Below, piece after piece: positions 27,213-38,751 of a stretch of DNA of 64,000 nt. The notes below the pieces were generated by a model that did no database searches, was not told the origin of the DNA, and was given only the letters and a program-made list of their open reading frames with translations. Source of the stretch: Octopus sinensis (Eukaryota); NCBI RefSeq assembly GCF_006345805.1, contig NC_043003.1:94426001-94490000 (forward strand), read 5' to 3'. The translations under genes were made by a program, and so were the position numbers. Every line of letters begins with the position of its first letter. The first letter of the stretch is position 1.

Positions 27213-28325
27213 ACATACATACATACATACATGCATGCATGCATGCATGCATACATACATACATACATACATACATACATACATACATACATACATACAT
27301 TATGGCTGCCCCCTCCTTATCGTGTATGGCCATTGCACGAAGCTTAATTGTTACTGGTGCTGTGATCGAATGTGACGTTTTAGCCCAGCTAAAGATCTAC
27401 AATGTCTTGTACAAAATTAGCAACTAAAACCTTTACCGGTAATAGCCGGCTATAGTTGTAACTGGGCTTCATGTACCTTTGCATGTCGTTTAAGTCCTCC
27501 TGCCGAATTACACTCTCTTCCACATGCCCGACAGATATGATTAGTATGGTGTGTTACACCACCACCAGTGGCCATGTTATCACTCATCTGTCTCGCTTTA
27601 TGACAACGAAGATGACTCTTGAGTCCAGCTTTACTGAGGCAGGGTTTTGCACAGACATTGCATGTCAGCATCAAAGGAAGACCCTTCCTTTCTGGAAGTG
27701 TAACGGCGATGCCCTTCCTGACATCCCTCCTTACTTTCTCATGTGCAACTCGAGATTTCTCAAAAGTGACTGTCCCTCGTGCACAATTCTTCTCCACCTG
27801 CTACGATCAATAGCTATGCCTTCCCATGTGTCAGGAGAGATGCAAGCATCTCTTAAGGAAGCCTTCAGCAAGTCCTTATACCACTCTTTTGGTTTATGTG
27901 GAGGTCGTTCTCCTTTAGCAAACTCTCCAGAAAAGAGTTGTTTTGGCATCCTTGAATCCTTCATCCAGACCAGATGCCACTCCCTCTGAGCCTTTGCTTT
28001 AACACAAGAGCTTCTATACTTTCACACCGAGAGCCTTCCAGTATTTTAAGATCACTGATGGGGTCCTTCCACTTAATGCCATAGATCCGTCTGAGGCACA
28101 TCTGATGGAAACGTTCCAGTTGTTTGAGGTAGTATCGATATGTGACCCACGTCTCGCAGGCATAGAGAAGAGAAGGGAGCACACATGCCTTGTACACCTT
28201 TATCTTTGTCTTTCTGCATATGTCTCGCCTTCCGAAAGCAACACTTGCTTTCCTAATTCTATATGGAATTTAATCATCCAAATTGCTATATCTATTAATA
28301 GTGCTTCCCAGGTAGACAAATAGAT
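27213..28325 (-). mobile_element. 5'-truncated RTE LINE with its 3' end and (ATGT)n tail
   Basis: YKACVLPSLLYACETW...LERFHQMCLRRI, then KDSRMPKQLFSGE, then two C2H2-like motifs, a short 3' UTR and an (ATGT)n tail. Confidence 0.9.
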
Positions 28326-29069
28326 CAACTACATACATACACACATATGCAGGGTAAGTCAAAATTATGTTAACACCAATATGGGAAAAATCATTTATTC
28401 AGAATTTACAGAACAGTTTCAACCTGGTCACTAATATGACCAATACATAAAACCAGCGATCAACAGTACAATTTAGTGCCTTGACACACATTTCCCGGGG
28501 ATATGACATTCTGTCCTTGAGTTCATCGATGTCTCTAACTTTTTTGCTATACACGCGCTCCGGTCAATATAAAGATCTTCACCCGTGAAGAAAAAACAAA
28601 ATAAATAAACCAGCTTAGAGGGTGTTTAGCAAGTATGTAGAAAGCGAATATGAAAAAAAAATTGCGCTAACGACCCTGTGGGTGGAGAGAGGACTTTCGG
28701 AAAATTTACAAGATCCGATTTTTCCATCATAACTTTCGGTAAAATGGTTATATATATTGATATTTTTTACGGAATCCCACGTTTTTGTTTATGGAGGATC
28801 CGATTCTGAATTTTTAAAATGCCAAAGATCACATTTTAAAAATTTCAATCCTCCACTTCATTTTTCACTTTCTCCTGATTTTTTTTTCTTTTTTTTCGCG
28901 AAATACGTAGAAAAATACTAAGATTATGATTCTGAAAAAATTTGTCTGTAAAATTTCGATTCTTCAACAATATATTGGTGTCCTGTACTCATATATGCGT
29001 GTATATGTACATGTAGAGGTAGGTACGTACATATATGTTTATATATATGCATATGTTTTATTTCATTAA

Positions 29070-29105
<36 letters not shown>

Positions 29106-29168
29106 TTAATGAAATAAAACATATGCATATATATAAACATATATGTACGTACCTACCTCTACATGTAC

Positions 29169-29200
<32 letters not shown>

Positions 29201-29208
29201 TATATATA

Positions 29209-29700
29209 CCCCAGGCCTTCAAGCAGGCTAACCACATGCTAGAAATAACAGGCAAATCTCCCAAAACTGCGATAACATTATGTAATCAATCAACTCACCT
29301 TTCTGCAAAGATTTCTTTCAGAGTAATTTCCCACGGTAATATGACAAAGTAATTCATGTGAAATCAACAAAACAACCGATCATTTTCACTTTTAGACAGC
29401 AGGATGGCGGGGAGGGGAGGGGGAATTTTGGGTCGAATATTTTCATAAAAAATTTGAAATTAAAATTGGAATTTGTGTTATTTTTTCCATATTATTAATC
29501 TCCGTATTTTCCCACTTAGATTGATTGAAAAATCGAAAAATATTTTTTTAAAAATTCATATTTGTCATATTACTGCCGGAAATTACTCTGAAAGAAATCT
29601 TTGCAGAAAGGTGAGCAGATTGATTACATTATGTTATCGCAGTTTTGTGACATTTGACTGTTATTTCTAGCATGTGGCTAGCTTGCTTGAAGGCCTGGGG
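29209..29700. mobile_element. 492-bp MITE with ~140-bp TIRs, inserted in (TA)n
   Basis: CCCCAGGCCTTCAAGC...GCTTGAAGGCCTGGGG; arms 29209-29348 and 29561-29700; TATA on both flanks. Confidence 0.8.
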
Positions 29701-29714
29701 TATATATGCTCTTA

Positions 29715-30072
29715 ACTCCTTTAGTCTTTTACTTGTTTCAGTCATTTGATTGTGGCCGCCTTTAGTTGAGCAAATCGACCCCAGGACTTATTCTTTGTAA
29801 GCCTAGTACTTATTCTATCGGTCTCTTTTGCCGGTTGTCAAGCGATTTTGGCGTGACAAACACAGACACACAAACGTATACACACACATACATATATATA
29901 CATATATACGACGGGCTTCTTTCAGTTTCCGTCTACCAAATCCACTCACAAGGCTTTCGTCGGCCCGAGGCTAGAGTAGAAGACACTTGCCCAAGGTGCC
30001 ATGCAGTGGGACTGAACCCGGAACCATGTGGTTCGTAAGCAAGCTACTTACCACACAGCCACTCCTGCGCCT
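29715..30072 (-). mobile_element. SINE family A with an internal deletion
   Basis: Matches 16600-17140. Confidence 0.85.
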
Positions 30073-31311
30073 ATATATATATATTTTACAAACAAATTTT
30101 TTCAGAATTGTAATCTTCGTATTTTTCTACATACTTCGCAAAAAAAAAAATCCGGAAAAATTGAAAAATGAAGGGAGGAGTGGATTGAAGTTTTGAGAAT
30201 TTTTTTTTCAGAATCGGATCCTCTACAACCAAAAACGTGGGATTCTGTAAAAAAAAAATCAATATATATCAGTTTTACTGAAAGTTATGACAGAAAAATC
30301 GGACCTTGTGAATTTTCCGAAAGTCCTTTCCTCCCCGCTTCAGGGTCGTTAGCGCAATTTTTTTTCATGTTCGTTTTCTACATACTTGTTAACACCCAGC
30401 AGGCTGTTTTTTTTCTTTTTTTTTCTTGTTCGCGGATTAAGATCTTTATATTGACCCGCGCTCCTTTATCATGCCCCATAACCAGAAGTCACTGGGTGTC
30501 AGATCAGGGGAGTGTGCAGGCCATGCCAATGGTCTGATGCGACCTATCCAACGATTTGGAAATGTTTGATCGAGAAAAAGCACAAGCAATACAGGCAAAA
30601 TGAGGCGGTACACCATTCTGCTGGAAATACTCCTGCAGAATTTGTAAGTAGGCATTTGAAGTCGCTGTTGGAGTGTCAAAGAAATAGGATCCAATTACGC
30701 AAAGATGGCTTCATAACTAAATACTATTTGACTTACAATGCCCGGTTGGATATTTGTCATTTCAGCTAGAATCTGACAGCATTCCACACGAAACTGTTTT
30801 TGCTGAGCTGTCAAAGCTTGGACAACTTGTATGTGATATGGTCGCATGCCAGGGTCTTTGAATAGGATTCGGCACACTGTTCTCTGTGGAATCCCTGTTT
30901 CCAGTCTCCATCGTCTCTTCGATTTAGATGGACTCCAAAGTACGGCCTGCTACACAGCAGCAATGTTCAATGTACTTCTGCCTGATTTGGGCCGGCTCGT
31001 ATTTCCCAGATAGTCGTCAGCTACTAATCTAGTCGATACAAACTTGTTATGGATACGATAAATTGTTAAACGCCTTGGTGGGTCACGATCTGGAAATCGT
31101 TCAGCAAATTTTCGACGCACTGTTGTTGGCGAGCCAAACACTTCCATCAAGCTTGCAACCACCCTTCTTTTCTCCAAAATGAGTCTGTCAGCCATGGGGA
31201 ATGTCTATCTGTAACAGAACAGAAAAGTGTTAAGATAATTTTGACTCACTCTGTATATATACATATATATGTGTATGTGTGTGTGTGCATGTATGTATGT
31301 ATGTATGTATG

Positions 31312-31388
<77 letters not shown>

Positions 31389-31844
31389 TGTATTATGAAT
31401 GCATTTATGTATGTATGCTTGTATCTGTATCTGTATGTATGTATGTATGTATGTAGGTAGGTAGGTAGGTAGGTAGGTATGTATGTAAGCATGCATACAT
31501 ACTTGTATATCGTCTTTGGATCAAACTGATAGTAAATCTAGCTTCTTTCTTTTTTCAGTAACAATACCATATTCCATTAAGACATCTTTTGATATAGTAC
31601 AGTAATTTTTAGACATTTGATATTTAGCTATCTGCTTATTTTGTTATTTGGCAACTGTAGTTGTATTCAGGTAATGATCTTATCTTATCCCTAGGTGCAA
31701 AATTATTCCAGAAATGTCAATTTGTCAACTTATTTATATTGATCTTACATGAATAGCTTGGGGTATCTACACCTCGCATGGAAATGTTAAGAAATCTGCC
31801 GAGAATTATTAGATACTATTGCTCATAAATGCGTATCGGAAGAT

Positions 31845-31845
31845 C

Positions 31846-31912
<67 letters not shown>
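31845..31912. repeat. (AAT)n microsatellite
   Basis: About 22 perfect AAT units. Confidence 0.95.
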
Positions 31913-31915
<3 letters not shown>

Positions 31916-32799
31916 GTATTTTCTTTTATTAGCTACTACAGCACAACAAATGTTATACCAGAGATTACGATACATGTAGAGAAAAGGTTGCGATATATGA
32001 AATTCAACTGTAAAAATTTTATTCAACATGAGACAATAAATTCTAATCGAACTAAAAATTAGGATATGCTATAGATTAATGAATGGAGATGAGGAAAGGC
32101 ATTAAATCTCACAACTATACATGTAGGGAAACGGTTGAAGCCTTTTTTAGTGGTCTGTTGGGGTATGGTGATGCAACCGTACCGTTGTTTTTATGATAAG
32201 ACCATTATTAAGTGACAGGGATTTCTAGTTGAAAGAACCCCCATCTCCCCACTTGACGTCAACACGATATTTCATTGACTCGAGATAAATAATAGTGTTT
32301 ATGTTTATTTGTTTTTCTAGTCTCAAAGTCTTGCAGCATGTACAATATAATAAATGATATAAGCATAGTGGTTACGATACAGTGAGAGAAAAGTGAGTGA
32401 ACGTCAGGAAAGGAACGGATCAAAATTTAATAAAAACACAAAATAATTTTTTTTTAAATTGTATAAAATAGTTAAAATACGATAATAATAAGAAACGTGA
32501 AAAATATTTAGCATAATCTATCCACTCACGAGTGTGAGTTCAATGACACAATTGAGCCAGAACATCCTTCTCCACTGCTTCTATAGTTTCAAAAAGCTTG
32601 CGTCCGCGTTTTTGCTATTATGCGACGTTTGAAAGGTCCAACATGTTTGAGTTGAGATTTCTAATATTTTCGCTAATAGTAAGCACTTTGCTCCCAATCT
32701 ATTATCCAAATGTTTAAACATACCTTGGTCATCTAAGTCTTCTCTGACGAATAACCCATCCTTGATGGCTTCCAAGAAGCGTGCATCAATTAATCCATG

Positions 32800-33180
32800 A
32801 ATTATATTGCCATTGCTAATCTTCACAACTGTGAATTCAGAAATGTTGTCTGGAGCAGTTGGGAGATTTTTTCCCTGTTTTTAGTTGCTTTCACTTTTGG
32901 TGAATATATATTTTTTCCATTGGAGCTCATTATTTCCTTTCTTCTGCTAGTATTTTTTTTCAGCAGTTTCGCCCTTTTTTGCATGTGTTTGTCACAAGAC
33001 AGTGGAGCAGTACTAGAGAGTAGCTTTGCAATTGTTCAGGTATGAGACCAATCCTGGAGCGTGTTTTCCATCCACTCACCAAACAGCAGCTGGTAGTAAA
33101 TGTGAAGATGCTACTGGAATCTTCGCTCCCGGAACTGCAAAGAATTCGAATTCTCCTAATTTGCAAAGGTGTTTGCAAAT
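32800..33180 (-). mobile_element. Probable CR1/L2-clade LINE 3'-terminal relic
   Basis: Minus-strand frames give SLQFRERRFQ.HLHIYYQLLFG and KKYIFTK...KNLPTAPDNISEF. These resemble the L..RR...L...YK...G and FF..RV...WN.LP...S...FK motifs of CR1-type RT C-termini. Confidence 0.4.
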
Positions 33181-34291
33181 GCGTGTGTTGATGAGGGAGT
33201 GTGCGTGCATGCATGCATGTATGTGTACGCGCACGCGCGTGTGTATGCATGTGTGTGCATGTGCACGTTGTTCATACCGCCGGTGCTCATACTGTTGAAG
33301 TTGCTACTACTAGTGTCTCTATGGTTGCAGCCCTTTAATTAATTACTGTAGTAATATCGATGTAAAAAGACCTTCTACCATTGTCTTTTTTCATCCTCTT
33401 TCAGTCAATGGAACTCGGCTATAATGGGACACCATCTTGAAGGGTTTGGTCGAACAAATCAACATCTAGTGCTTCTTATTTTTTTTTTTTTTTAGTTTCA
33501 GCTCACAAGCTGTGGCCATACTGGGGCATCACCATTTATTAAGCAGAATTTAGAGAGTTACTCCAGTACTTAATTAGTATTTATTTTACTGGTGTTGGAA
33601 GTATCAAAGACGAAGGTGCTTTGAAAGAATTTGAACTCAGAATATAAAAGAACGTAACCAAACACCCAGAAATGTTTTGTCTGACATACTACCACTTAAT
33701 GATCACCGTGAATAAATATGCGTGCTAAAATTTGTTAAATGATGGGCTGTTTGTTCAGCAGTCTACCCATGCTAAGTGAATTCATACGCATATTATTCAA
33801 TTTGGCCAATCATATTGAAAGGCCATTGAATGGCCAATGCTATTCAGTTCTAAATGACACATTACACACAAAGCACAATACTCGATATGTTTCCACGTTT
33901 ATAAAAAAGAAACAGAGAAAGTAAATTATAAATAACTATCAAACAGAAACCTATCACATCGCTTATTTGCTATTTGCTAATACATTTCTGGGCTTCTAAT
34001 AAGCCTGGAAATACTATCGAGACATTTCTTTTTTTGGTTAATGGAAATCTGTCATCTTACGAAAATCAGTGTAAGAGGCAATGATCCACCTCAATAAATT
34101 TTCACCACTCTTACAATTTGGAAATATCTAAAATCTTATCTGCACTTTATCAACTACTTAATTTGTTAAGAATAGCATATTAAAGTATAACTACAGATGT
34201 TGGTGAGTGTATACTAAGAAGCTACTTTTAATGTAATAATAAAATATTTGCGAAGTTATGTGTGTGTTATATATAGATAGGTAGAGAGGAG

Positions 34292-34520
34292 ACGAGCTGG
34301 CAGAATCGTTAGCACACCGGGCGAAATGCTCAGCAGTATTTCGTCAGCCGTTACGTTCTGAGTTCAAATTCCGCCGAGGTCGACTTTGCCTTTCATCCTT
34401 TCGGTTTCGATAAATTAAGTACCAGTTACGTACTGGGGTCGATGTAATCGACTTAATCCGTTTGTCTGTCCTTGTTTATCCCTTCTGTGTTTAGCCCCTT
34501 GTGGGTAGTAAAGAAATAGG
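34292..34520 (+). mobile_element. SINE family B, full length
   Basis: gagctggcagaatcgttagcacaccgggcgaaatgc...gggtagtaaagaaatagg. Confidence 0.9.
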
Positions 34521-34584
34521 TAGAGAGTTAGTTAAACAGAGAGCGAGGGGAGAGATGTAAAAGTGGTAAAATATACTGGTTTTA

Positions 34585-34992
34585 AATTTTGGCACAAGGC
34601 CAGCAATTTCGGGGGAGCGGGTAAGTCGATTACATCGGCCCCAGTACTCAACTGGTACGTATTTTATCGACTCTGAAGGATGACAGTCAAAGTCCACCCC
34701 AGCGGCATTTGAACTCAAAGTAAAATCGGAAGACATGCAGCTAAGCATTTTGTCCGGTGCGAAAATGATTACACCTAACGAATTAAAATACATTGATTTC
34801 AAATTTTGGCACAATTCCAGCATTTTCGGAGGATGGGAAAAATCGATTACTTCGACCCTGCTGTTGATCGACCCCGAAAGAATGAAAAAGTAAAGTCGGC
34901 TCCGGCAGAACTTCGACTCGGGATGTAAGAACGGACGAAACGCCGCTAAGCACCTTGCTCGGCATGCAAACGATTCTGTCAGCTGCCGTCTT
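34585..34992 (-). mobile_element. Two tandem SINE B copies in reverse orientation
   Basis: Each starts aaattttggcacaa...cagca.tttcgg and contains gaa.gatga.agtcaaagtc...gaactc. Confidence 0.8.
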
Positions 34993-35514
34993 AGAGTTGT
35001 AAAATATATTTTAAAGACATGTCTTATATAATTCGAACTATTTCTGATATAGAGCTCAATCGGCTGTGAAGAATATATGGATATGTTTATTATTTCAAAA
35101 GTTGATTATGCACTCAGAACTTCGCCTCGCGCTTAATATAAATGTGTGTGTGCGTGTGTGTGAGAGAGAGTGAGCGTATGTGCGTGTGTGTGTATGCATG
35201 TATTTATGTAAGTGTGTGTGTGTTCGTTTTTGGTGGATCTCCGTCGTTCGTCGATGAAGATTCATAAGTTTGATCAGCTGAATTACATGATCCTAAAGCA
35301 GAATCGGCGTATGTGGCGTTGGAGACAGGGCTGCGGTACTTCTTTGAATTAAAGGTACAATCGACCCAGTAGTCTTCCATACAGTTTCTGTCAAATCATT
35401 TACATTCACAACGTCATTGGTCGACCTTTGCCCAAACTTCCACGCAGTCAGATAGAACCTGGAACCTCGTGACCGGGAAGTGAACTTAAACATCCAATCG
35501 TACTACACTTGCTT

Positions 35515-35564
<50 letters not shown>

Positions 35565-35789
35565 CCTCTTTCTTTCTCTCTCTCTCTTTCTCCCTCTCTC
35601 CACCACACGCACACACACTCACAGACGAAAGGCATTCCAAACGTTTTGAGACTTTTTTTAGGGGTTCATAGATTATTGTAATTTTAGTATATCATTAATG
35701 TAATAAGCTGACCTGCCACCTTTTATTATTCTAGATTGAAGAAGACGCCTGCAATGGCTCTTTCAGCTCCCCCTACTGAACACTGCTTG

Positions 35790-36300
35790 TCACAGATGAT
35801 TAGTTTGCAGAACGCATTTGAGCCTAAAAACAATTTAGTTGCTCACTATGCAATAAATTTTTCTTTTAAAAACTGAGCAAAAACGCTTCAGAAATTTATA
35901 ATTTGCTCCAGGCCCCTTACGAAGTGACTTGTATGAGTCAGGCATGCTTTTCGTTGGCTCAAGAACCTGGCCAGACTTCAGCAAAGAGTAATTTGTGGAG
36001 GTATTAGGGGAGTTCAGAAAGAGATTTCGTCGCAAAAGACCAGAGCACCACCACCAGGATTATGTACCAGTCCACAATTCCGTCTTGACAAAGATGAGCA
36101 TTAAAACTGTCCTTCACTCTTCCTACAATCCAGACCTTGCGCCCTGGACACCTTTGGAGAATTTTACTGGACATTCACGAGGCAGCTGAATTACAAGTGC
36201 AACGAGGTCAGAAGATACATTTTGAAGAGAATTGGAGCTTTATACTTCGAAATAAATAAATGTCTCTCTCGAAAAAGTTTCATAACTTCTGGAATGCAAC

Positions 36301-36305
<5 letters not shown>
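35790..36305 (+). mobile_element. Internally deleted mariner
   Basis: EVLGEFRKRFRRKRPEHHHQDYVPVHNS...KTVLHSSYNPDLAP (HQDNAP and HPPYSPDLAP relics). TIR-like aaaaagtttcataacttctggaatgcaac at the right end. Confidence 0.8.
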
Positions 36306-36374
<69 letters not shown>

Positions 36375-36810
36375 CGTGTGTGTGTGTGCGTGCACGCGCA
36401 TGCATATATATGTACATGTATGTATGTATGTATATATATATATATGTGTGCATGTATGTATATATATTTGTATGTATATATACATTCTTCATTGAAAAAT
36501 ATAAGCCCAAACTTAACCACTCTAACATTCTTATACAGAGAAACTCACCCCATTAAAAAAAGGCAAGAAATATAAAGTGATTATCTCCCTTACACCGGAA
36601 GAAGTCACTTATTACCTCCCCTTACCTGGAACTCTTCTTTACACTTCTTAACGAAATCATAACAATGTTTTGAGAAATTTGAAACGTTAAACACGAAAAC
36701 GGTAATTTCTTCAAAAACTATGTCACTGTATGAAAAAAATTCTTCTGACATAATGACTCAAATTTTTTAACCTTTTAAAACAAGCCTTCGGTAGTTTTTT
36801 CACTTTTTAC

Positions 36811-36885
<75 letters not shown>

Positions 36886-37000
36886 ATATGCATATATATA
36901 TATATATATATTTACACATATACACACACACACAACATACAAACAGAGACACAGGCACATACACACACATGCACACATACACACACACAGACACACACAC

Positions 37001-37058
<58 letters not shown>

Positions 37059-38021
37059 AATTTAAAACATGTTCCGTGACGAATAACTGAAATAACCAAT
37101 ATTTAGAGATCTGTGTATATTCAAGTTCATGCTATTGTAGCCCTATCATTTGATGTGAATCCGGAGTTACACTATCTTACGCACGTTTTATTAGCAACAG
37201 ACGGTTATTAGATACACAATGTAAAATACATAATCAAGATCTGATGTCAAATCTTCAGAGACGACGTGTAAGTTTCAGATGTAACATGACAGAATTTTAG
37301 AATTTTCGACAAACATAAAAATAGTAGTGACAGTGGAAAACCTCTGTGTGTGTGTATGTGTGTGTGTGTGTGTGTGTGTGTTTGAGCGCGCGTCTGCATT
37401 TATGTATGCATGTATGTATTACAACATGAAACAGGATCAAAATTAAAAAAATCATATAAATTTTCATAGTTGTTATCTGGACAGTTTCCGTTCACCATTG
37501 AAGTATAAATTGCGATTTATTTTGCTTCTTTGTTTTGTATATCACTTCATCATGATTCATTTCACTTGGGTTTTCTTTTATATCTAACACTAATTCGTCG
37601 ATAAAACTACAGCGTGTGTTGATGCTTGGAAAGATAACAACGTAAGGAATTACAAACGTATGAAAATATCAGTAGACTTATGCATTAGTTAAGAGGGGGT
37701 GTAATATCAAGGGAAATACGAGATATTATAGATATGCCGAACTTTCTACTCGAATCCCCACCAGAATTAAATAATGTTATGTCCTTCAGTTAATTTTCTG
37801 TGTCGATACTATTTAACTTAAAAAGAAAATGTCTCTTTCAAACGACATTATAAAATTCGCGTCAAATGTAGTGTCATTCTATGTAGTTTCAGTCAGTAGT
37901 AAACCAAAGCATGTATTTCAGACTCCCCATTCCGTTTTTTTATCCCTGATAATTTGGAAATCAAGAACGCATACCATTGAGATATCACTAAAGACCTCGA
38001 GTTCATGTAATAATAATTCAT

Positions 38022-38530
38022 TTCTTCTTCTCCTCCTTCTCCTCCTTCTCCTCCTTCTCCTCCTTCTCCTCCCCCTCCTCCTCCTTCTTCTTCTTCTTCT
38101 TCTTCTTCTCTCCTCCTCCTTCTTCTTCTTCTTCTCCTCCTCCTCCTCCTCCTTCTTCTTCTTCTTCTCCTCTTCCTCCTTCTTCTTCTTCTTATTATTA
38201 TTTTTCTCCTCCTCCTCCTCCTTCTTCTTCTTCTTCTCCTCCTTCTTCTTCTTCTTCTTCTTCTCCTCCTTTTTCATCTTCTTCTTCTCCTCCCTCTTCT
38301 CCTTCTTCTTCTTCTTCTTCTTCTTCGTCTACTTCTTCTCCTCCTCCTCCTCCTCCTTCTCTTGTCCTATTCTTCTCCTCTTCTTGTCCTCCTCCTCCTC
38401 CTTGTCCCTTTCTTTTTCCTTCTTATACTCCGCCTTTTCCCTCTCCTTCTCCTTCTTCTCCCCTCTACCTTCTCCACCTTTTCCTTCTTTTTCCTCATCT
38501 TCCTTCATTTCATGTTGTAGCTTCCCCTCT
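38022..38530. repeat. Compound (TTC)n/(CTC)n polypyrimidine tract
   Basis: About 500 bp of nearly pure C/T on the plus strand. Confidence 0.95.
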
Positions 38531-38751
38531 TATTCTTACTCTTTTTTCCTATTAACTTGCAATGGATTCAAAGACAGATACTCCATATATCCATTTAATT
38601 ATAAGCTGTTGCTTTTTGGAGGGGTTTTGGGAGTGTGTGTGTGTGTGTATGTGTATTTTACATAGCCTTTGGCAAGTTGCTGTTCTGAGGTATGTGGAGC
38701 TATGTAAAATGAAATTTAAGCTTTCTTTAAGAAGCAAATTATACATCTAAA

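Larger units (their letters stand above)
28562..30456. mobile_element. Non-autonomous DNA transposon with ~350-bp TIRs and an 8-bp TSD (Merlin-like termini)
   Basis: Termini GGTCAATATAAAGATC...GATCTTTATATTGACC, flanked on both sides by CGCGCTCC (28554-28561 and 30457-30464). Confidence 0.85.
28350..31253 (-). mobile_element. Tc1/mariner-superfamily transposon (maT/DD37D-like) split by a nested insertion
   Basis: 27-bp TIRs CAGGGTAAGTCAAAATTATGTTAACAC and CAGAGTGAGTCAAAATTATCTTAACAC. Transposase pieces read MADRLILEKRR..., WIGRIRPLAWPAHSPDLTPSDFWLWGMIKER|VYSKKVRDIDELKDR. Confidence 0.9.

Noticed and set aside
27450-27797. Host C2H2 zinc-finger gene
   Set aside because: It is contiguous with RTE reverse-transcriptase sequence and followed by the LINE tail.
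32254-32261. Perfect CRE palindrome TGACGTCA
   Set aside because: A single 8-mer is expected by chance in 64 kb, and there is no supporting promoter evidence.
32570-33190. Possible host exons (donors TG|GTGAGT and AG|GTATGT on the minus strand)
   Set aside because: The frames contain several stops, and the translation fits a decayed CR1/L2 3' end better. Exonisation cannot be excluded.
37829-38665. 278-aa poly-L/S/F ORF and its antisense poly-K/E/R ORF
   Set aside because: These arise purely from the TTC/CTC simple repeat.
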